DNA from: the human T2T-CHM13v2.0 reference genome, Homo sapiens
DNA: 64,000 nt
Assembly: GCF_009914755.1 (NCBI RefSeq)
Contig: NC_060947.1
Reading direction: 5' to 3' (one strand)
Position 1 is the first letter of the stretch, and each line of letters begins with the position of its first letter. Made by a program: the position numbers and the translations under genes. Positions 15,092-27,750 of the stretch are shown in pieces. The notes beneath the pieces were generated by a model that had not been told where the DNA came from, searched no databases, and saw nothing but the letters and a program-made list of their open reading frames with translations.

Positions 15092-15589
15092 ATATTCACG
15101 AGATAAAATGTGCAACTACCAATTGCCTGTCCAGTAATTTTTCTGAGAGTTGCTATCTCTCAATGAACGTAGAAAGATGGATGAGTTTAGGAATATTCTG
15201 TTTGCCTCACAAAATAGCACCTTCACAGTAGAGACATGGTTGTCCAGAATTCTGGTTAGTATAGATTCTAGGATTCTGAATGGGCCAAAGTTGAGTTGGT
15301 TAACCTCACTTCTACTCACCAATGATCTTACTTTCTTAAGGTAGACTTTTTCTAGTTTCTTAATCTAGTCTCATTAGCCCATATATTGGCCTTCATTTTA
15401 TCTTTTTTAAAATTTTTATCTCTTTTAAATTTTTTTTTTGCTCTGCATGTTCTTGACTTTTTCTACAGATTTATAATATTTTATAGGATATCTGGAGATA
15501 TTTTGTCAGAAACAAATGATCAGATATATTTTAAACTAGAAATTTCCAATTAATTATTCAACATAGCATATATTACATGTGTATAAAAG

Positions 15590-15982
15590 TGGTATCCATC
15601 AACAAATAAATGGATAAAGAACAGTGATTCCCAGGGGCTGGGGCTGATGGAAACAAGGAGATGTTAGGCAATGGGTAAAAACTTTCAGTTACAAGATGAA
15701 TAAGTTATTGGGGGTAGCATGGTGATTACAGTTAATAATATATTATTATACTTGAAATTTGCAGAGAGTAGATTGTGTTTTCACCACAAACACAAACACA
15801 CACACACACACCACACACACATACCAGTGACAACTAATTGTGTTGATGGATGTGTCAGTTGAATTGATTCTGGTAATCATTTCACAATGGATACATATAT
15901 AAAATAATCATGTTGTATACCTTGAATATATATGTAATTTTTGATCTGTCTATTATGCCTTAATAAAGCTGGAAAAAATAAA
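15590..15982 (+). mobile_element. L1MA9/L1MB-type 3' UTR fragment with internal CA tract
   Basis: 'aaactttcagttacaagatgaataagtt', 'tacttgaaatttgc', 'ggtaatcatttcacaatg', 'aataaagctggaaaaaa'. Confidence 0.75.
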
Positions 15983-17067
15983 GTGTACAGTTTTAAGAAA
16001 TAGTTTGACAGGATTGATGTAAATTCATCATAGCTACTGGGGAAAACATTTCAATGCTCTATTGCTTTGTAATTTCACTATCCTCTTAGATTGATAAAAC
16101 ATCACACACACACAAGATACTTTGATCAATAAATGAAAAACAGTGGTTCCTTTCGATCAGTATCAAAGGAAAAATTCAGCTTAGAGAAAACACTACAGTT
16201 ATTTCAAGTAGTATGAATTCTTGATTTCTTAACATAAAAAATAAAATCCATAATTGGAGTCAATTTTCTTAACTCATGAAGATTGTAATAAAGTTTAAAA
16301 TTTAAATATATTATATAGTAATCAATTTATAAAATCATATTTTACACCAACAACATAAAATTAGTACTAAGTTTGTTACAAACATTACCCATCAAACATA
16401 AGGGCTTAGTTAACCAAAAACATCAAACGCTTTGCTTACATTAGCTGCCTTTACCATACCATGCGTATACAGGAATATCACTTTACTATCTTCCATATAG
16501 CTTATCCTCACCACACTGTTTTCTAAATCCAACTTGGCATCATCATCAGAAAGGAGTAGACTCCTTCAGTGCCTTCTTTGTGTTTTATGTTAGCCAAAAG
16601 CTCTTTTTCTTTGCCTAATTCACCAAGTTCATCTGCCATTAGCTTCTCCAACTCATTATGGCATCTGCCAGGGACTGACCTATCGTTCCCTCTGGTCTGG
16701 ACGCCATATTGTATGTGTCTGGAGTCTTCAAATATTCCCTACTTCCAGAATATAGAGAAATGGCTCATGCTGACATTTCAAATCTAGCTAGAGCTGAAGC
16801 AAAAAGAACTGCTAATGTGAAGCATTCCAATTATTCAACACAATAAGTATTTTCCCAAAATAGCAGTGGCAGAGTTTGGTTTTTACTGTAGAATAAGATG
16901 GTCAGGATTTTTTTTTCTAAGAAATACTGAGTAAATGGGAGGCAAAAACTGGTTTATACTCAATGACTTTTCTGAGTAAACATGAGAGCAGTTTTGAAAG
17001 GGGTGTACATTTATAGGCTTTAAGTTAAAATTCAGCCTTCTAAATACAGTGTTTACTGGGAGACATC

Positions 17068-17260
17068 ACAGAGTAGAAAAGAAAACATAGGCTTTGCGGT
17101 AGGAAGGCAGGTGTGGAATCTCATTTCTCTCTTATTAGATTTTGTACCTTGAGCAGTGTTTTTAGCCTTTCTGAGTTTCAGTTCATTTATTTGCAAAATA
17201 AGGATAAAACCTACCTCATATTATTACTGCAGGAATTAACTGAAGTTGTGTACCCTGACA
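17068..17260 (+). mobile_element. MIR SINE relic
   Basis: MIR core-like 'accttgagcag…cctttctgagtttcagttcatttatttgcaaaataaggataa'. Confidence 0.65.
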
Positions 17261-18769
17261 CATTATATTAATTTTAATACACTTAAAGCCATTCAGTTTC
17301 TACTTGATTGATTTAGGGAGGTTCATGGTTAGAAATGTTAACTGCCCTCATCCAAATAACTAGTTACTGAAGAGTAGCTCGGACACTGGTGAAAGGGCTC
17401 CCTACATTAAAAATGAGCTTCCATTCATTTTTCACACTGAGTTCTGGCATTTAAGTGGAGGTTAGGAAATAAAGTACAGTGGCATCCCACCAACACCATA
17501 AAAGCTCTATATATTGACAGAAGTCTGTTTTGTGGACATTGGCATTTCTAGCTCAATTTACAGTTTGCATTTATTCATTTCTGATGAGTGAAAGAAAAAG
17601 AACCTCTAAATTGAGTGAGAGATCATTGACAGCTCTATTAAAAATAGCAGAAATCTTCAAACCAAAACAGACATAGACATACATATTTAAATGAGAAAAT
17701 ATACCAGAATATTATTTTCAAATGCCAGTTTATTAAAAAAAGACATTCATTATTTAAATGCCATAAAAAGGAATTCAATGAAGCTGTGATGAACAAACTG
17801 TCACCTTGTTATACCAACATTCACTGAATAAAATATTAAAGATGCCTAAATCATCTACTGCAACAAAAGCTATTGAGGTGAAAAATGTGTACAAAATTTT
17901 GTTTTTATATTGCAGTGGGGGACCATTTTCCTGATATGTAGAATGGCAATTGTGGTATTTTAATAAAATCATTAGGCAAATAACATATTTTAATAACTTG
18001 CATGCTAAACATTCTAGCAAAGGTAAAATGAATATATATGTTTAATACCTATATATAGACATAAACATTTATATATAAATATTTACAGACAAAATATTAT
18101 ACTATTTTGTTGATTTTTTTAAAATTTCCTTTTATTTGAGCAATTAAAATATTCAGTGTAATGTATACAGATAACAGGAGTAGTACTCAACTTAAAATGA
18201 ACAACCAACAACTATCGCTAGATAGTCTACCACAGCTAGAGTTCTTAAAGATACTACACTGGATTATTCCTAAAAAAAAATAGAAAACATTAGTTTGTGA
18301 ATGCCAGAAATAGAACAAGAACAAATGGCGAAAATTTAATGCCAGTGTTATAGATGGCTAGCCTATTTGTGATGATATGTGCATGTCTTAAATCACTCTT
18401 CCCTACGTCCTTACATAATACCAGGATGTTTTGCTATATAGCTTGAAAATATTAAACATCTTTATGAAATATTTAATTCATATTGCTTTCTTAAAATGTC
18501 TTAGCTAAGATTTGTTACAATAGAGGATGAAAATATTTCAGTACGAGAGTTTTGGGTGGAAGATAGAAACTATTGATTAAAACTTTAATAAGACTTTTCT
18601 GTTTTTAATTATTTTATAATGTCTATATAGAGAAATAGATATAGATCTACCTATAGATAGGTGTATAAAATATTATCATATGTGTATATATAGAGAGAAC
18701 TACATTTAATTTATCCAGAATGTCTCATGTATAGTCTTAAGGTACTTTATAACTAAGCTATATTTTCTT

Positions 18770-18890
18770 TCATTCAATAAAAAATATTTGTTGAGCACCT
18801 ACAAAATGTCAGATACTATGCTTGGTGCTAGAAATACAAGAGTTAAAAAAATGCTCATGGGCCCTGTCTTCTTGGAGCTTGTAGAATTAC
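18770..18890 (-). mobile_element. L2 3'-end relic
   Basis: 'ttcattcaataaaaaatatttgttgagcacctac…atgcttggtgctagaaatacaag…ccctgtcttcttggagctt'. Confidence 0.7.
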
Positions 18891-21167
18891 TGGGTCCCCC
18901 CTAAAGTTTACAGAAATTAAAGATTAGTGCAATTTAAAAAGTACATCAGACTTTTCTGAATAATTGACCCCAGAATATAGGGCCACTTGGTTTCCAGTTG
19001 ACTGTGTGTTTAACAACATTCTCGGAACACTTCATTGGGTTCTCATACCTGACTATTTTTATACAATTTGTCTCTTTTCATATCAGAGTCAATGTGAATG
19101 AACAGATGCGACTTTATATATAAAACCCTAAGGGTTTATATTTGTCATCTGTCATTCTCAGTGTTAAGGAGGAACAATATAAAGTATTTTTGAGTTAGTA
19201 GCTATCTTTGTACCTGTCACTCAATATAAACATAGATGTCACCTCCGTTTTAATGTTCTATTTCCTAGAATCTCCAGGGTAGAAGGCACCTTGAAATATT
19301 CTGATTCCATAATAAATGAGCCCACGTTTTGTGAAATTTTAAAAGGCTTTTTATCTTCCCTTTACAGTATCTTAGATCCTCATACTTAATAATGTATATG
19401 TATTTGAAGCTTCAGGTTAATTATTGATTCATTGGTATTTTGTCTATTGTAGCATATTATGATTCAGTATGAAGGAACATACTAAAAAATAGACATCTAT
19501 TTAAATTTAACCCTATTAAGGACCTTCTAGACAGTGTCTATTTTTAATCTCTCACAGATACTCATGACTGAGACAATATTTTAAACAAGTATAAACAGTC
19601 ACAGAATAAGTACATAAAACATCATCTCCAATTACATAGCATTCACTGAATGGTTTTCCAATTCTCACTTTTAAATGATGTAGTATGATATATAGATTTC
19701 TGCAAATATATTGAAGTCTGTTATTTATAATTTAAGTCTTCTTAATTTTTAATATAAATAAAATTTTGAAACTGGTCAAACTTTTATTTAATGAAATTAT
19801 GATGTATTTATTTCACAATTACCTTAAAAGTTAGATAAAAGATATAAAAATATGACTAGTCATTTTTATAATATATGTCTAGACATGAAGCAATATAAAA
19901 AATCTAATCATGATATATTATTTATTTAAAAAGCAAGGTAAAACAATATATTAGGTATAAGATTGATATATAATAACTGTACACATAGAAATATATTTCA
20001 TTGTAAAGAGGCTGAAATCATGCTGAAATATTAACAGTGATTGTGTTTAAATTTTAGAAACATAGATGTTTTTGTTTTCTTCTTCATAGATTTCTCTATT
20101 GCCTCAATATTATACCATGATCATGTTTTATTTTATAACCTAAAACATGTCAAACTTGATTTGTAAAGAGGTGGTAAAATGTTATGTAGATTTTATGATT
20201 CTTCTTAACAAGTGGTTATAATTAAACATTTTGGTGTTTTAAATGGTTGCAGTCATCTGCAAAATCTGCTTAGGTTAAATGACTCATTCTCTACAAAGCC
20301 ACAATGAAAGAGACAATTGTAGATTCAGAATTGAAGTTCAGATTACCATATCCAAAATGGTTCTAGTCACATAATCATGCTGTGGTGTATGGGAGCAGTG
20401 TATAAGCAAAGCATCCCATTAAATATTCCTATCGAAATATAAGGGGCTACCAAATGAGACAAAAGCTGCAAAAACATTCTGTAAACTAAAGAGTGCTATA
20501 CAATTGTTGGTAATTATTAATTATTTTGGCATCTAAATGTTCATTTAAATAAATAAATTTATTTGACAAAACACACTTTTAAAATGGCATTTTTATGCAG
20601 AGTAGTTCTGTATGGCTTGTTTTATGTTTTACCTCCCTCTATATTCTCATGGTTGGATACTTCTCACTCCAATTTTAAGAGTTTCTTCATAAAGCTTAAA
20701 AACTGATTGGAGGATGGAAGGAACAGACAAGAGAGTGACCGTCCATCAAATAAGTCAGAGATTACTACTTTCTCAGCACTGTGACATTTGCCAGTTTATT
20801 TTAAAATACTGAAATATAACAATAGCCATAATATGTGAATACTTATAATCTATAAAACATAATGTGGTTATGTACGCACTCACGAAAATAGTCCTCCATG
20901 ATACCATAGGCTTTAAAATTTAAAAAAGAGCAAGTAAATAGAGTACCAATCAACCACCTTCCCATTGTGTGATCCTTAGACTAGCATTTCGCAGTCAGAC
21001 AAGCCAATAATAAATTTATTTGAAAAGAGTTGTAAACAGTTCTCCTAAGGCATCAGAAGTCCCATGCCAACAGGTATAATGTAACATGACTTTCAAATAT
21101 TTTAGGAATAAAAAATAATAAATAAAATGTAAAGTCCACACCAGCATATATTAGAGGAAAGGAAAAA

Positions 21168-21642
21168 TGTATATATATGCACACACACGTATATATATAT
21201 AGTGTTTGTGTGTATATATGTATGTATATATACATATGTATATATATACACACATATACATATATACACGTATACATATATGTATATATACGTACATATA
21301 TAATATACGTATATATGTATACGTATATACATATATGTATATATGTATATATACGTACATATATAATATACGTATATACGTATACATATATACATATATG
21401 TATATATGTATATGTGTATACACTATATATGTATATATGTATATACATATACATATATACATGTATATGTACGTATATATACGTATGTGCGTGTATATGT
21501 ACGTATATATACGTATGTGCGTATATATGTACGTATATATACGTATGTGCGTATATATGTACGTATATATACGTATGTGCGTATATATGTACGTATATAT
21601 ACGTATGTGCGTATATACACATATATACACACACACATATAT
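21168..21642. repeat. Compound TA/TG/CA microsatellite with a higher-order 30-bp unit
   Basis: ~475 bp, mostly alternating purine-pyrimidine; unit 'acgtatatatacgtatgtgcgtatatatgt' repeated ~5 times at 21471-21617. Confidence 0.95.
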
Positions 21643-21774
21643 GGTTACCTTATTACATACTTTTTCCCCACAGGTAACCATCACTTACATATCGAAGAAG
21701 TCATTTTTTACTTGACATCTGTCACTTTGTTGCTTTGTATTTTTGCATTTTTATTGAAGTATTATTTCTAAATA

Positions 21775-22658
21775 TAGTAATAACGAATTTTATTGCACTT
21801 TGATTTATTGCACTTTGCAAAACCTGTGCTTTTTATAAATTGAAGGTTTGTGGCAACCTTGGGTTGAGCAAGTGTATTGGCACCATTTTCCCAACAGCAT
21901 GTGCTCACTTTGTGTCTCTGTGTCACATTTTGGTAATTCTCGCAATATTTCAAATTTTTCATTTTTATATTTGTCATGGTGATCTGTGATCACTGTAATT
22001 TGCATTTTCTTGATGACTAGTGATGTCAAGCATTTTTGATGTTATTATTTGGGCATCATAAACTGCACTTATATAAGACAGTGAACTTAACTGATAAACG
22101 TGTGTGTTCTGATTGCTCCACCTGCCAGCCATTCCCCTGTCTCTCTCCCTCTCCTTGGGCCTCACTATTCCTTGATACAACATAGTATTGAAATTACACC
22201 AATTACTAACCCTATAATGATGGCTAAGTGTTCAAGTGAAAGGAAGAGCTGCCTATCTCTCACTTTAAATCAAAAGCCAGAAATATTAAGCTTTGTGAGG
22301 AAGGTCTGTTGAAAGTCAAGATAGGCCAAAAGCAGGGCCTCTTCTGCCAAACCGTTGGCCAAATTGTGAATGCAAAGAAAACGATCTTGAAGGAAATTGA
22401 AATTGCTACTGCAGGGTACAAATTAATAATAAAAAGTAAACAGCCTTATTGCAGATATGGAGAAAGTTTTAATGGTCTGAATAGAAGATCAAACCAGCCA
22501 CGACATTATCTTAAGCCAAAGCCTAATCCAGAGCAAAGCCCTAACTCTCTTCAATTCTATGAAAACTGAGAGAGGTGAGGAAGCTGCAGAACAAAAAGTT
22601 TGAGGTAGCAGAGGTTGTTTCAAGTTTAACGAAATAAGCAGTCTCCATAACATGAAAA
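21775..22658 (+). mobile_element. Tigger1 DNA transposon, 5' part (decayed TIR and transposase N-terminus)
   Basis: 'aaattgaaggtttgtggcaacc', 'aagtgttcaagtgaaaggaagag' (KCSSERKS…LTLNQK), 'gaagatcaaaccagcca'; preceded by TA. Confidence 0.92.
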
Positions 22659-24275
22659 TGATATCTCATTGTGGTTTTGATTTACATTTCCCTGATGATT
22701 AGTTATGGCAAGTATTTTTTTATATGTCTGTTGGCCATTTGTATATCTTCTTTTGAGAAATGTCTATTGAGGTCATTCTCCCATTTATTTATTTATTCAT
22801 ATATCTATATTTAACTTTTATTTTAATTTCAGGGGTACACGAGCAGGTTTGTTTTATAGGTAAATGGCATGTCACGGAGATTTGGTGTACAGATTATTTA
22901 ATCACCCAGATAATGATCATCTCCCTCATCCTGACTTCCACCCTTAAGTAGGCCCTGGGGTGTATTGTTCCCTTTTTAGTGTCCATGTGTACTCAATATT
23001 TAGCTCCTACTTATAAGTGACAACAGGTTGTATTTGGTTTTCTCTTTCTGTGTTAGTTCACTTAGAATGATGTCTTCTAGCTCCATCCATGTTACTGCAA
23101 AAGGACATGATCTCATTATTTTTTTATGACTGCATACATGGTGTGTACATACGACATTTTCTATATCCAGTGTACCATTGATGGGCATTTAAGTTAATTT
23201 CATGACTTTTCTATTATGAATAATGCTGCAGTTAACATATGTGTGCATGTGTTTTTATGGTAGAAGGATTTATATTCCTTTGCGTATATACCCAACAATA
23301 GGATTGCTGGGTCAAATGGTAGTTTTGTTGTAAGTACTATAAGAAATTGTCAAACTCATTTTCACAATGTCTGAACTAATTTATATACCCACCAGCAGTG
23401 CATAAGCATTCCCTTTTCTCCACAACCTCACTAGCATCTCTTATTATTAGACATTTTAACAATAGCCATTCTACCTGGTGTGAGATGGTATCTCATTGCG
23501 GTTTTGATTTGCATTACTCTAATAATTAGTGATGTTTAGCATTTTAAAAATGTACGCGTTGGCTGTGTGTATGTCTTCTTTTGCAAACTGTCTCTTCATA
23601 TCCTTTGCCCACCTTTTAATGGAGTTGTGTTTTTCTTGTATATTTAAGTTCCTTATAGATGCTGGATATTAGACCTTTGTCACATGCATATTTTGCAAAT
23701 ATTTTCTCTCATTCTGTAGGTTGTCTGTTTATTCCGTTGATAGTTTCTTTTGCTATGCAGAAGCTCTTTAATTTAATTAGATCCCATTTGCCAATTTTTG
23801 TTTTTGTTGCAATTGCTTTTGGTGTCTTTTTAATAAAATCTTCTCCAGTTCCTATGTTCAGGATGGTATTGCCTAGGCTGTCTTCCAGGGTTTTTATAGT
23901 TTTTGGTTTTACATTTAGGTCTTTAATCCATTTTTTTTTGCTCATTTTTAATTTTTTTCCTATTGAGATGCTTGAGGTTTTTGTATATTTCTCTTATTAA
24001 TCTTTTTTCAGATAGATAGTTTGCAAACAATTTTTCCTATTCTTATTTGTCTCATCATTCTATTGTTTACTTTGCAGAAGCTTTTTAATTTTATGTAATT
24101 CTATTTGTCTACTTTTGCTTTTGTTGCCTTTGCATTTGAGGTCTTATCCTAAAATCCTTTGCCCAGTCCAATGTCCTGAAACATGTCCTCAATGTTTTCT
24201 TCTATTAGTTTTATAGTTTTAGGCCTTATAGTTAAGACTTTAATCCACTTTGATTTGATTTTTGTATATGGTGAG
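22659..24275 (-). mobile_element. Internal L1M ORF2 fragment (22659-22786 and ~23934-24275) replacing the Tigger1 interior
   Basis: Antisense L1 motifs 'tgatatctcattgtggttttgatt…' and '…gcccagtccaatgtcctgaa…gatttttgtatatggtgag'; no 3' UTR or poly(A). Confidence 0.8.
22787..23933 (-). mobile_element. Old L1PA (L1PA13-16-like), 5'-truncated, nested in the L1M fragment
   Basis: Antisense 3' end 'ttaacttttattttaatttcaggggtacac', ORF2 fragment [18 protein letters not shown]…[11 protein letters not shown]. Confidence 0.85.
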
Positions 24276-24446
24276 TTTTTAATTAAGGCATGAACATTTT
24301 TTAGACATAATGCTTGCGAACATTTAATAGACTACAGTGTGCTGTAAACATTAATTTTTTATGTACTGGAAAATTAAAAAGTTTGTGTGACCCACTTTGT
24401 TACACTAGTCTGGAACTGAACCTGCAATATCTTCAAGGTATGCCTG
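24276..24446 (+). mobile_element. Tigger1 3' end with terminal inverted repeat
   Basis: 'ttagacataatgc…ttaatagactacagt…gtctggaactgaacctgcaatatcttcaaggtatgcctg' followed by TA. Confidence 0.92.
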
Positions 24447-25075
24447 TAATAAAATGCACACTTCATGAAGAAATTCTACCCATGTATACTATCTTGTTAC
24501 ACGTTTCTAGAGCAATATTACATTTTCATCACCCTCCGAGCTGCTGCTTCTGAGTCAACACCTTTCTCAGTCAATACTTCTCCAAAGTTAACCATTATTC
24601 TGATTTATAATACAATAATTAGATTTTTTACCTGAACATTATATAATTTGAATCATACAACTTAAAATCTTTTGTGTATGGCTTCTTTTTGTTCAATATA
24701 CTGCTTTTAAGATTTATCCATGATACTCCAAGTATCAGTAGTCCATACGGTTTATTTCTGTGTAGCATTCCATGTTGCTAATATAGGAAAATTTCTTTAT
24801 CTGTTCCAGATTGAGGAATATGTGTGTTGTTTTTATTAATATTTTGTTGGTTGTTTTGGCTACTTTTAATATGTAATTTTAATACAGTTTCTAAGACCAT
24901 GCTTGTACAAATATTTTCTTGAACACATGCATTCATTTTTATTCAGTATATATTTAGTAATGAATTGTTGGGTCATGGAGTAGACATATTTTTAATCTAT
25001 GAGACTGTGAAATAAATTTCCAAAGTGATTGTATGACCACTTTACACTTCCACCAACAATATATGAGTTCTACCT
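24447..25075 (-). mobile_element. Ancient L1 (L1MC/L1ME) 3' region, host of the Tigger1 (its extreme 3' end lies at ~21745-21774)
   Basis: 'ttttattgaagtattatttctaaata' | 'taataaaatgcaca'; 'tggcttctttttgttcaatata…gatttatccatga'; 'tttacacttccaccaacaatatatgag'. Confidence 0.65.
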
Positions 25076-25654
25076 TTTTGTTTTTAATTTGGTTAGTAAG
25101 TTTTTCCACTAAAAGTACTAAAGAAAGCATCCCATTTTAAAGTAGCATTTGTTCACATATTTTGGTTAGCATGTTTCTCTTCGTAAGTAAGATAGGATAT
25201 GAATAATAAGTAAATTCATGTAGAAGAATTGAAGCTTCTTGGCAATTGACAGTTTGTTACATGTGTCCACTTTCTGAGCTCTTATATTACCTTCTCTGTA
25301 CATTCTTTAAAGTACGTATCATTTTCTAACTTTCTTCAGAGTTTATGAAGTCTAGACTAAATATCTGAATATGCCTATCTGTCTACTGGGATCAACTTGG
25401 GTGAGGCAACATGGGGAAGTAATCTCTTACTAAATCCCTAGGAATGTAGGTTTGATTTTAGGTAGATAAAAGAAATCAGATAATGTAGATAACTGCTAAA
25501 TTGGGTTGCTAACAGAAGACAGCCTATATAGCACACATGCAGTAGAGTAAATCTGCAAAAGGCAACAAGATTGTGTCAGCTATTGATCAGAAACAAGATA
25601 CTTCCATAGCAGCAGTATTAATATGACAGTATAGGCTATACTAATGTTGTTAAA

Positions 25655-25890
25655 CCTTCCATTTTTGAGTGCTTATAATGTGTTTATCTAATCTGATCTA
25701 ATCCTGACATTTAGTGTTCAGATTAAAGTTATGAAGCAACTACTGCTATTGCTCCATTTTAGATAGGGAGAAGTGAAAGCTCAGAAATGTTAGATAAATT
25801 ATCCAAAGTCATACAACTAGTAAGTGTTGGCGTCAGGAATAAGCCCCAGGCTATGACGTCAGGGCCAGTGCTTTCCCTCCAATACAATGT
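25655..25890 (-). mobile_element. MIR SINE relic
   Basis: 'ccattttagatagggagaagtgaaagctcagaaatgttagataaattatccaaagtcatacaactagtaagtg'. Confidence 0.75.
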
Positions 25891-25937
25891 GGTCTCAAGG
25901 TGAGCATCTGCTGGATTGATGTACCCTAGACTTCCAA

Positions 25938-26226
25938 TTTTGTTTTGTTTTGTTTTGAGATGGAGTTTTATTCTTTTTGCCCAGGCTGGAGTGTAGTGGT
26001 TCACTGCAACCTCTGGCTCCTGGGTGCAAGCGATTCTCCTACCTCAGCTTCCGAGTAGCTGGGACTACAGGTGCCCACCACCACGCCCAGCTAATTTTTG
26101 TATTTTTAATAGAGACAGGATTTCATCATGTTGGCTAAGCTGGTCTCGAACTCCTGACCTCAGGTGATCTACCTTCCTCAGCCTCCATAAGTGCTGGGAT
26201 TACAGGCATGAGCCACCAAGCCTGGC
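25938..26226 (-). mobile_element. AluS (Sq/Sp/Sx-like)
   Basis: Antisense Alu with (GTTTT)n tail; TSD agacttccaatttt (25928-25941) / agaattccagtttt (26227-26240). Confidence 0.93.
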
Positions 26227-26845
26227 AGAATTCCAGTTTTTAAAGACATATGAACCAGATAAAATCTGGCCATAGTGAAATATTTTCTTTGCTGTTGAAA
26301 GGAATTCTTTTATGACAGTGGAAGAAAGTTGAGAAGGAAACAGAAAATGACAGAGTTCAGGTAATAACCAGAGTTAGAGCTACCATCCCTTGAAAAAATT
26401 CAAGGCCTTTTCATCAGAGGGCACAAACAGAGGAAGATTCAGAGGATTTATGTTCAGAATATCTTGGTAAAAGTCTTGCATTACTACATATTTGATTCAG
26501 GTTGATTCACTTGGCAGAGAACCAAAGGAGACTTGGTAAGGACTAGAATTATTGAAACAAATAATACTCAAATTTGATATTTACCATTAATGTCCCAAAC
26601 ACAATGTATACATCAATTCACACTTAATCTCTCCTATTAAACTGTGAAGTTCCTGGGCGCATGATACATTTCTTGGTTTATTGGAGAATACTGTTTACAG
26701 AGTTCCAGAGGGTGCTTCATATATGTTAGTGAAGTGAGAGAGTAAATTAGCTAATTGATTTAGGCATAAGTAATTTTAGAAAACTTCAAATTAAAGAACC
26801 ACAGTTTCTCCTTGTACAGAATGTAATTTTAAAATGCCCTTTTAA

Positions 26846-27750
26846 AATTCTATGCTGAGTAGGAAAGTTGAGAGAAGGCATCTTTGTCTTGTGCCGGTTT
26901 TCAAGGGGAATGCTTCTAGCTTTTGCCCATTCAGTGTGATGTTGGCTGTCGGTTTGTCATAGATGGCTTTTATATTTTGAGGCATATTCCTTCAATACCT
27001 AGTTTTTTGAGAGTTTTATCAAGAAGGAGTGTTGAATTTTATCAAGAGCCTTTTCTGCGTCTATTGAGATAATCATGTGGTTTTGTCTTTAGTTCTGTTT
27101 ATGTGATGAATCACATTTATTGATTTGTATATGTTGAACCAATCTTGATTCTTGGGGATAAAGTCTACTTGATCATGGTGGATGAGCTTTTTGATGTGCT
27201 GCTAGATTCAGTTTCCCAGAATTTTCTTGAGGAATTTTGCACTGATGTTCATCAAGGATTTTGGTCTGAAGTTTTCTTTTTTGGTTGTCTCTCTGCTAGG
27301 CTTTGCTATCAGGATGATGCTAGCCTCATAGACTGAAATAAGGAGGAGTTCTTCCTCCTCACTTTTTTGGAATAATTTCAGTAGGAATCGTACCAGCTCT
27401 TCTTTGTACATCTGGTGGAATGTGGTTGTGAATCCGTCTGGTTATGGGCTTTGCTTGGATGGTGGGCTATTTATTATGATTCAATTTTGGAGCTCATTAT
27501 TGGTATGTTCAGGGATTCAATTTCTTTCTGGATCTGTTCTGGAGGGTGTATGTGCCCAGAGATTGATCCATTTCCTCTAGATTTTCTAGCCTGTGTGGCT
27601 AGAGGTGTTCATAATAGTCTCTGATGGTTATTTGTGTATCCTTAGGGTCAGTGGTTATAGCCTCTTAGTCATTTCCAGTTGTTTTTATTTGAATCTTCTC
27701 TCTTTCCTTCTTTTTAGCCTATTTAACAGTCTGTATTATTAATTTTTTCA
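26846..27750 (-). mobile_element. Old L1PA, inverted 5' segment of a twin-primed insertion
   Basis: Antisense ORF2 ([16 protein letters not shown]…); follows TSD aaaatgcccttttaa (26831-26845). Confidence 0.88.

Noticed and set aside
21471-21617. 30-bp palindromic repeats superficially like a CRISPR array
   Set aside because: Head-to-tail units without unique spacers, no cas genes, primate DNA.
21053-21771. Long overlapping Y/I/T/V/H-rich ORFs (up to 193 aa) on both strands
   Set aside because: Artefact of the alternating purine-pyrimidine microsatellite, which cannot form stop codons.
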